64,000 nucleotides of DNA from Halarcobacter sp. (GTDB taxonomy: Bacteria; Campylobacterota; Campylobacteria; Campylobacterales; Arcobacteraceae): the NCBI GenBank assembly GCA_048571215.1, contig CP182352.1:608001-672000 (forward strand), read 5' to 3'. Position 1 is the first letter of the stretch; each line of letters opens with the position of its first letter. Below are positions 57,394-64,000 of the stretch, piece after piece. The position numbers and the translations under genes were made by a program. Below the pieces are notes generated by a model. The model did not search any database, was not told where the DNA came from, and saw only the letters and a list, made by a program, of their open reading frames with translations.

Positions 57394-57870
57394 TAATTAT
57401 TAAGAAATATTATTACTAATAAACTTTAAAGTTACTTAAAAAAAGTTGTCAGAAGATTAGTTTCTAAAATTTAGGAATTATTTAGAATATATAAAAAAGT
57501 TATAGAATCAATCATTGATTGATGAAAGTTTTATTGTAAATGTTACTTTATTATTATATTTATGAACATTTAATACTCTTCTCATATTTTCTGATTTGAT
57601 TAGAAAAATGCTTTATAAAGTTAAATTTTGTGATTAAAATAAATACTTAAAAAAATTTTTTAATCTAAAAAAAATAAATTTAATTAAAATATTCTTAATG
57701 AAATCTACATTTATTAAGTAATAAATAATCAAATATTTTTAAAAATAACTTCATATTAATTTGATACTATTTTATAGTATAAAAAATATACTTTAATAGT
57801 ATAAAATATACACTTTAAGTTAATTATAAATTATACAATTAAGTTATATAATTAATAAAAAGGAGAAATT

Positions 57871-60564
57871 ATGTCAGGTTTGGTAAATAATAATTATATT
57901 GAATTCTTTAGAAAGCATATCCCCGAAGTAGTTGAATATCAGAATAATCTAAATGAATTATCCCAACATTGGAGCATTATCAATATGTTAAATGACGTAT
58001 CTGAGGGTGGTACAAATATGGAAGATACTCAAAATGAATTTAACATATTATCTGGTAGCTTAATAAATAATTTGGCTGAAGAAAATATAAAACAATTATC
58101 TAATGAAATAATTACTCGTTCTCAGGTTGTGGTAGATATAGTAATTAGAAATTTATTTGAAAGAACTGCTGACATCGGTTTTTTGGCAACAGATGATTCT
58201 ATAAGGGAATTTTATACTAGATATTTTTTATATAATAATGATTTAGATAATAGTTTAAAATATGATGAAAAATCAAAAGTTTGCCAAAACTGTCCTGAAC
58301 CTTTTACAAATCAATGTAAGTCTGAAAATATTGATGAAAATTTTAAAAATATCTTACAACCAATTTTGTGTAAAGATAAAAAACCTTTAGAAAGAAGTGG
58401 AATAAATGCAAAATTAAATCAAATAAAATCAGAGATTAGAGATAGATTTAATGAGTATGTAAAAAAATATAGTGTTTATTTTGATGTAATTCTAACTGAT
58501 ACAAAAGGAGATGTACTAGTTACACTTGATGAAAAAAACTGTGTTAAAAAAAGTAATGACTCAATAATAAATGATGCATTAACCACAAATGAAGATTTTA
58601 TAGAAAAACTGTCAAAAACAGATCTAAGAGAGGATAGAGAAAGTACTTTAATGTATGCTTATAAAGTAACTAAAACAAATGATAAAGATTCAGAAGCTCT
58701 TGGTGTATTGATATTGTGTTTTAGATTTAAAGATGAGATGAGAGGGGTTTATAAAGGATTAAAAGAATCGAATCAAAACTTAAATCTTATGTTACTTGAT
58801 AAAAATGGAATAGTGATTACATCTAGTGATCTTCATCAATTTCCTTTGGGTACTAAAATGGATGTAACAAATAATAATGAGTTTAGTATTATAAGTTATG
58901 GGGGTAAAAAATATATTGCAAGTACTTCTAAAACAAAAGGTTATCAAGGGTTTTTTGGTTTAGGTTGGAGAGGTCATGCAATGTTTTGTATAGATGAAGC
59001 CTTTGAAAAAAAATCTACATTTGATTTAGCTTCAATTGATAAAAGTATATTAAATACTGTTTTACACTCAACTTCATTGTTTTCCCAAGAGTTACAAGAT
59101 ATTCCCATGCAAGCAAAAAAGATACAAGATAACCTTAATAGAACGGTATGGAATGGAAATCTACATCAAAACAGTGCAATAGGGAAAAAACTTTTATCTC
59201 AAGTTTCAAATACAGGGGAAAGAACTAAAGAGATATTTCACAACTCAATAAAAAGTTTAAATGAAACAGTTCTTCAAACTATTATTGGAGAAGTCTCTTT
59301 TCAAGCTTTGCAAGCAGTAGATATAATGGATAGAAATTTATATGAAAGGGCGAATGATTGTAGATGGTGGGCACTAACTCCTAAGTTTTCTGAAATTTTA
59401 TCAAAAGAGTATATTGATGAAGATGATTGTGAAACCATAAGTAGTATATTAAAATATATAAATGATTTATATACAGTGTATACAAACCTATTTATATACG
59501 ATAAAAGTGGAAAAATAATAGCTGTTTCCAATGAAGAGAGTAAGAATCTAATAGATATAAAATTAAATGAAGATTGGGTAGCTAAGACTTTACAAATAAC
59601 AGATTCACAAAGATATAGTGTTTCAGATTTTGATAGTACATTTTTATATAACAATGAATATACCTATATTTATGGGGCAGCAATATCATCAAATAAAACA
59701 AAATCTAATGTGGGTGGAATAGGTATTGTATTTGATGCCAAACCACAATTTAAAGATATATTAAAAGATATATTGCCTTTAGGAGAAAAAAACTTTGCTT
59801 TATTTACAAATAAAGATTCAACTATTATCTCATCTACAAATTCTCTTCATAATATTGGGGATAGATTAGATATAGATTATAAATTTTTTGATTTGTCAAA
59901 TAATGAATCATATTCAAGTATTATTGAATACGAAAATAAATATTATGCAGTTGGTTCTCGATGCTCTTTTGGTTATAGGGAGTATAAAAATGGTGATGGT
60001 TATGAAAATGATGTAATCTCTTTAGTTTTTATCTATCTATCAGATAAAAATAGTGAAATTGAAGTTAAATCAGATAACAATAAGTATTTTTCAAATGTGG
60101 TTTTCAAAAAAGATTCTTCTCAAATAAAAGATATAGGTACTTTTTTTATTGGTAATTATTGGTATGGTTTTGAATTAACTAGTTTAGTAGGTGCTGTTGG
60201 TCTTGAAAGTTTGCAGCCGGTAAATTCAGGAGGAATAGTTGCAGGAAGAGTTATGTATAACGATATGTCTATTGAAGTTATAGATTTACATGAGTATTTA
60301 AAAGCTAAAGCATCAGCTGAACAAGAGATTATTATATTTGAAGTTGAAAAAGGCAGTTCTCTTATAAAGCTAGGATTGATAGTTGATAAATTAGGAGATT
60401 TTTGTGAAGTACCACAATCTCAACTAAAATCAGCAAAAAGTAATTTTTCAGGTGTGTTTAGTTTTGTATCTGAAACTGTAAATCCTCCTGCAGGAATTAA
60501 TACTATATTACAAATTATTGACCCAGTAGTTTTATTAGAAAGATTACAAAAAAAAACTCAATAG
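57871..60564 (+). CDS. Soluble protein with tandem sensor-like repeats and a C-terminal CheW-like domain
   Basis: Internal repeat RNLFERTADIGFLA / RNLYERANDCRWWA and GYQGF / GYREY; C-terminal IEVIDL..LGLIVDKLG; no TM. Confidence 0.7.
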   Translation: MSGLVNNNYIEFFRKHIPEVVEYQNNLNELSQHWSIINMLNDVSEGGTNMEDTQNEFNILSGSLINNLAEENIKQLSNEIITRSQVVVDIVIRNLFERTADIGFLATDDSIREFYTRYFLYNNDLDNSLKYDEKSKVCQNCPEPFTNQCKSENIDENFKNILQPILCKDKKPLERSGINAKLNQIKSEIRDRFNEYVKKYSVYFDVILTDTKGDVLVTLDEKNCVKKSNDSIINDALTTNEDFIEKLSKTDLREDRESTLMYAYKVTKTNDKDSEALGVLILCFRFKDEMRGVYKGLKESNQNLNLMLLDKNGIVITSSDLHQFPLGTKMDVTNNNEFSIISYGGKKYIASTSKTKGYQGFFGLGWRGHAMFCIDEAFEKKSTFDLASIDKSILNTVLHSTSLFSQELQDIPMQAKKIQDNLNRTVWNGNLHQNSAIGKKLLSQVSNTGERTKEIFHNSIKSLNETVLQTIIGEVSFQALQAVDIMDRNLYERANDCRWWALTPKFSEILSKEYIDEDDCETISSILKYINDLYTVYTNLFIYDKSGKIIAVSNEESKNLIDIKLNEDWVAKTLQITDSQRYSVSDFDSTFLYNNEYTYIYGAAISSNKTKSNVGGIGIVFDAKPQFKDILKDILPLGEKNFALFTNKDSTIISSTNSLHNIGDRLDIDYKFFDLSNNESYSSIIEYENKYYAVGSRCSFGYREYKNGDGYENDVISLVFIYLSDKNSEIEVKSDNNKYFSNVVFKKDSSQIKDIGTFFIGNYWYGFELTSLVGAVGLESLQPVNSGGIVAGRVMYNDMSIEVIDLHEYLKAKASAEQEIIIFEVEKGSSLIKLGLIVDKLGDFCEVPQSQLKSAKSNFSGVFSFVSETVNPPAGINTILQIIDPVVLLERLQKKTQ

Positions 60565-60583
60565 AGAAGATATAAAAGATAGA

Positions 60584-60610
60584 TAAAATAGGGGATAAAC
60601 CCTATTTTAT
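60584..60610. terminator. Bidirectional hairpin terminator
   Basis: TAAAATAGGG-GATAAA-CCCTATTTTA between convergent genes. Confidence 0.7.
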
Positions 60611-60625
60611 ATTTTAAAAATATTA

Positions 60626-61909
60626 TTAAGAACCATACATTAAATCAGGTAAGAACATTACAATATCAGGAATATATGTAATAGCTATAAGACCTACTAA
60701 AATAGTAAGTGTCCATGGCCAAGCGGCGACAATTACATCTTTGATACTCATCCCAGTAAGTCCAGAGGTTACAAAGAGGTTTAAACCAACTGGTGGGGAT
60801 ACCATACCAAGTTCCATATTTACAGTAATAACAATACCAAAGTGGATTGGGTCAATTCCAAGTGCAATTGCAACTGGAAGTAATAATGGAACCATAATCA
60901 TAATAATAGCACTTGGCTCCATAAATGAACCAGCTAAGATTAGAAGTAAATTAACCATAAGTAAGAACATATATTTATTTACATTTGCTTCAACTAAAGC
61001 TTCTGTAATCATTTGTGGAATATTTTCAATTGTTAAAAAGTGTGCAAAAAGCATTGCATTTGCAATAATAAACATAATCATAGCAGTGGTTTTTGCTGAT
61101 TCTAAAGCAGTTGTATAAAGTTCATTAAATTTGATATCTTTATAAATAAATACAGATACAATAAATGCCCATACACAAGCAACTGCTGCTGCTTCAGTTG
61201 GAGTAAAGATACCACCATAAATACCACCAATTACTAATACAATGGTAAATAAACCCCAAGATGCATCTTTCATTTTTGATAGTCTAACTTTAAAAGGTTG
61301 TGGTTCAACTTTTTCAAAACCAAGTTTTCTAGCACCAATATAAGTTACTACCATCATCATAATCCCAAGCATAATCCCTGGAACTACACCAGCCATAAAT
61401 AGTTTTCCAATAGAAACTTCTGCTGTTACACCATATACGATAAGTACAATTGATGGTGGAATTAGAATACCCAATGAACCTGCTGTTGCGATAGTACCAA
61501 CTGCATATTTTTTTGGATATCCAGCTTGCATAATTGCACCAAACATAATAGAACCAATAGCAACAACAGTTGCAGGAGAACTTCCAGAAACTGCTGCAAA
61601 TATGATTGAGGCAAAAATAGCTGAAATTGGTAAACCACCTGGTAGGTGACCAACACAAGATTTAGCAAACTCTATGATTCTTTGTGCCGCACTACCTTTA
61701 GAAAGTAGATTACCAGCAAAGATAAACATAGGAATAGCCATAAGTGAGTAGTGTTCTATTTTTTCAAACATCATAGCTGAAATTTCAATAGGTGAAATAT
61801 CAGTAAATACAAGAAGAGTAACAAAAGTTGATGCCCCTAAACAAATAGCAACAGGTGTTCCTAAAATAACAAGTACAAAAAATATCCCAAATAATAAAGC
61901 TACACTCAT
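60626..61909 (-). CDS. dctM: TRAP transporter large permease
   Basis: AVSGSSPAT, ILIPPSI, FTPTEAA, SPPVGLNLF. Confidence 0.93.
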   Translation of the reverse strand: MSVALLFGIFFVLVILGTPVAICLGASTFVTLLVFTDISPIEISAMMFEKIEHYSLMAIPMFIFAGNLLSKGSAAQRIIEFAKSCVGHLPGGLPISAIFASIIFAAVSGSSPATVVAIGSIMFGAIMQAGYPKKYAVGTIATAGSLGILIPPSIVLIVYGVTAEVSIGKLFMAGVVPGIMLGIMMMVVTYIGARKLGFEKVEPQPFKVRLSKMKDASWGLFTIVLVIGGIYGGIFTPTEAAAVACVWAFIVSVFIYKDIKFNELYTTALESAKTTAMIMFIIANAMLFAHFLTIENIPQMITEALVEANVNKYMFLLMVNLLLILAGSFMEPSAIIMIMVPLLLPVAIALGIDPIHFGIVITVNMELGMVSPPVGLNLFVTSGLTGMSIKDVIVAAWPWTLTILVGLIAITYIPDIVMFLPDLMYGS

Positions 61910-62526
61910 AGCATACCTCCTGTTTTCTTTTCAACTTCTTTTACCATTTTATTTAGTTCCTTAACATTTTCATTGTCAACATTATCTTTTGCTCCAATTC
62001 CCATACCAGCTAAGACTTGTTCTGCTTCACTCTCTTTTAAAATCTTGTCATGACTTGTACTTAAAATTGCATGAATTCTTTCCGCAACTCTAAAGGCTGC
62101 AAATGAAAATGCAACAGGTATAACTAAATATGGAATCCACATAGGCATACCCCAAAGGTCAATTGATCTCTCTTCTAAATCAATAACTAAAAGTAAGTAT
62201 TCATATCCATAATAGGCAACTGCAATTAGAAATACTATGGTAACTAAGTGTGAAACCAAAAGCATTGCTTTTGCTACCCTTGATGGTACAACATCTAATA
62301 CTATTGTTACTGCAATATGGGCATCTTTTTTAAAGCAATATGCTGCTCCAAAAAAAGCACTCCATAAAAACATAAAAATAGATAGTTCTGCTGCCCAAGT
62401 TAATGAAGCATCAAATACATATCTAGCCACTACATTTGTAAATGAAATTGCAACACCGGCACTAATACCAAATGCAGCAATTGATTGGTTTATAAATCCA
62501 ATTATTTTACTTATTATTTTAATCAT
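61906..62526 (-). CDS. dctQ: TRAP transporter small permease
   Basis: NVVARY, WAAEL, AHIAV. Confidence 0.9.
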   Translation of the reverse strand: MIKIISKIIGFINQSIAAFGISAGVAISFTNVVARYVFDASLTWAAELSIFMFLWSAFFGAAYCFKKDAHIAVTIVLDVVPSRVAKAMLLVSHLVTIVFLIAVAYYGYEYLLLVIDLEERSIDLWGMPMWIPYLVIPVAFSFAAFRVAERIHAILSTSHDKILKESEAEQVLAGMGIGAKDNVDNENVKELNKMVKEVEKKTGGML

Positions 62527-62530
62527 AATT

Positions 62531-63583
62531 TTACTCCGTTGCTAAAACGCCTTTTATTAACTCTTCACCGATTTTATCGGCATCATAAAACTCTGGATAG
62601 ATTTTACTTACAGCTTGCCTCCAAGTATTTTTTTGATTTTCTGTAAGTTCAATTATATCTAGTTTTCCTGTATTTTTAGAATACTCTTTTATCAAATCAA
62701 ATTGAGCATCATTTAATTCCTCTGCATACTCTCTTTCTTTTAAAGTTGCTTCATTCATAGCTTGAATAACTGCATCTTTTAAATTTTGAGGTAGTTTATT
62801 CCAAAAAGTTTCACTCATTACGACTAAGTATCCTAGGTAACCATGATTTGATATAGTAAGATATTTTTGTACTTCATGAAATTTTTTTGTATAGATATTT
62901 GAGTTAGTGTTCTCTTGACCATCTATAACTCCTTGTTGAAGTCCTGAATAAACTTCAGAAAATGGCATCATTTGAGGGTTTGCCCCAATTACATGAAATT
63001 GTGCTTCCAAAACCTTTGATGACATAATTCTAAATTTTTGACCTTTGGCATCTTGGGGTAAAATTAAAGCTTTTTTTGAAGAGCTTAATTGTTTAAACCC
63101 ATTATCCCAAAAGTTAAGTGCTAAATAACCTTTAGCTGTAACCATTTGTTTTAGTTCTTGACCAACTTTTCCATCTTGAACTCTATGTAAGTGGTGTATA
63201 TCTTTAAATAAAAATGGCAAATCAAATAGTGCTAGTTGGGGTACAATTTTGCCAAATTTTGAAAAACTTGGTGCAGCCATTTGAACCGAATCCAATTTTA
63301 AAGCTTTTAATACCGCATTGTCAGTATAAAGTTGAGATGATGGATATACTTGTACATCTATCATTCCTTTACTTAACTGTTCTAATCTTTGCTCAAAGAA
63401 ATTTGCTGCTTTTCCTTTTGGGGTATTTTGATTAACTACATGGGAAAATTTAAGAATATATGGTTCTTTATTATTTTCACTTAGGGGTTTATTAATCCCT
63501 TTGTTATCTTTGTCTCCACATCCAGAAAATAAAAGCAAAGTGGCTAGTACAATACTAGAATTTAGGTATTTAAAGCTAGTCAT
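62531..63583 (-). CDS. dctP: TRAP substrate-binding protein, probable lipoprotein
   Basis: Lipobox-like LFSGC; FSHVV..TPKG, WDNGFKQ, KFRIM, DGQEN. Confidence 0.92.
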   Translation of the reverse strand: MTSFKYLNSSIVLATLLLFSGCGDKDNKGINKPLSENNKEPYILKFSHVVNQNTPKGKAANFFEQRLEQLSKGMIDVQVYPSSQLYTDNAVLKALKLDSVQMAAPSFSKFGKIVPQLALFDLPFLFKDIHHLHRVQDGKVGQELKQMVTAKGYLALNFWDNGFKQLSSSKKALILPQDAKGQKFRIMSSKVLEAQFHVIGANPQMMPFSEVYSGLQQGVIDGQENTNSNIYTKKFHEVQKYLTISNHGYLGYLVVMSETFWNKLPQNLKDAVIQAMNEATLKEREYAEELNDAQFDLIKEYSKNTGKLDIIELTENQKNTWRQAVSKIYPEFYDADKIGEELIKGVLATE

Positions 63584-63725
63584 TTTTTATCTCTCCTTTT
63601 TCCTTTGTAGATAAATTATAATCAAAAGTTATGTAGTTATTATGTATTTTAAAATAAATTTTTGAATTTAATTTTAATATAACAGCTAGATTTATAATTG
63701 AGATTTAATTAGTGGGATTTGAGGT

Positions 63726-63754
63726 AAAAACTATCGGTTTTACCGATAGTTTTT
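63726..63754. terminator. Intrinsic terminator between dctP paralogues
   Basis: AAAAACTATCGGT-TTT-ACCGATAGTTTTT. Confidence 0.8.
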
Positions 63755-63763
63755 ATTGAAAAC

Positions 63764-64000
63764 TTATTTAGTGTTAAGTGCACCTTCGATTAAATCTTTT
63801 CCAATTTTATCTTTATCATAAAATTCTGGATAGATTTTACTTACAGCTTTTTTCCAAGCAGCTCTTTGCTCTGGAGTTAATTTAATAATTTCTAATTTAC
63901 CAGTTTTTTCTGCATAATCTTTAATTTTTGCAAATTGTTCATCATTTAACTCTTGTGCATATTGTCTTTCTTTTGCAGTTGCTTCATGAATAGCTTGTAC
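63764..64000 (-). CDS. dctP: Second DctP paralogue, 3' end only (runs off window)
   Basis: ..AVSKIYPEFYDKDKIGKDLIEGALNTK*, aligns with the C-terminus of 62531-63583. Confidence 0.85.
   Translation of the reverse strand, partial: VQAIHEATAKERQYAQELNDEQFAKIKDYAEKTGKLEIIKLTPEQRAAWKKAVSKIYPEFYDKDKIGKDLIEGALNTK

Noticed and set aside
297..63435. Numerous short antisense or alternate-frame ORFs in the track (e.g. 9072, 21200, 39800, 47613, 53213, 60741)
   Set aside because: They lie within well-supported genes on the opposite strand or frame and have no motifs; shadow ORFs

Overview
This is a very AT-rich bacterial chromosomal segment. Gene style points to Campylobacterota, most likely Arcobacteraceae (inference). 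It has five parts. (1) 0.25-8.5 kb: an asparagine-synthetase-like protein, sensor kinases, a radical SAM/SPASM gene and an EI24-like gene. (2) 8.5-13.8 kb: a Fur-boxed cluster resembling ferrosome (fez) loci, with a P1B-6-type ATPase, several small Gly/Ala-rich membrane proteins, a ferritin-like protein, an HMA-like protein and its own Fur paralogue. (3) About 14.9-51 kb: a phenol-catabolic region. It holds a multicomponent phenol hydroxylase (dmpKLMNOP), a complete catechol meta-cleavage operon, an ABC importer, a porin, an MDH, a hemerythrin kinase and two paralogous PAS/HisKA_2 two-component systems. No DmpR/sigma54 activator is present. Nine promoters in this region share one architecture, GCGA-N7-(G/A)CGA, then exactly 11 nt, then a -10 box, which suggests an undescribed regulon. 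One of these promoters precedes an unannotated 28-aa membrane peptide ORF. (4) Inside that region, at the tauE stop codon, sits an integrase-less two-cassette integron array (HNH nuclease; HrgA-like plus MNT-HEPN). Its second attC is split by a decayed IS1182 carrying three REP-like micro-insertions. About 700 bp of highly structured non-coding repeats follow. (5) 51-64 kb: a sodium:solute symporter, an extended Fur-boxed feo operon, a soluble tandem-sensor/CheW-domain protein and a TRAP transporter with tandem dctP genes. All calls come from motifs read by eye; no searches were run.
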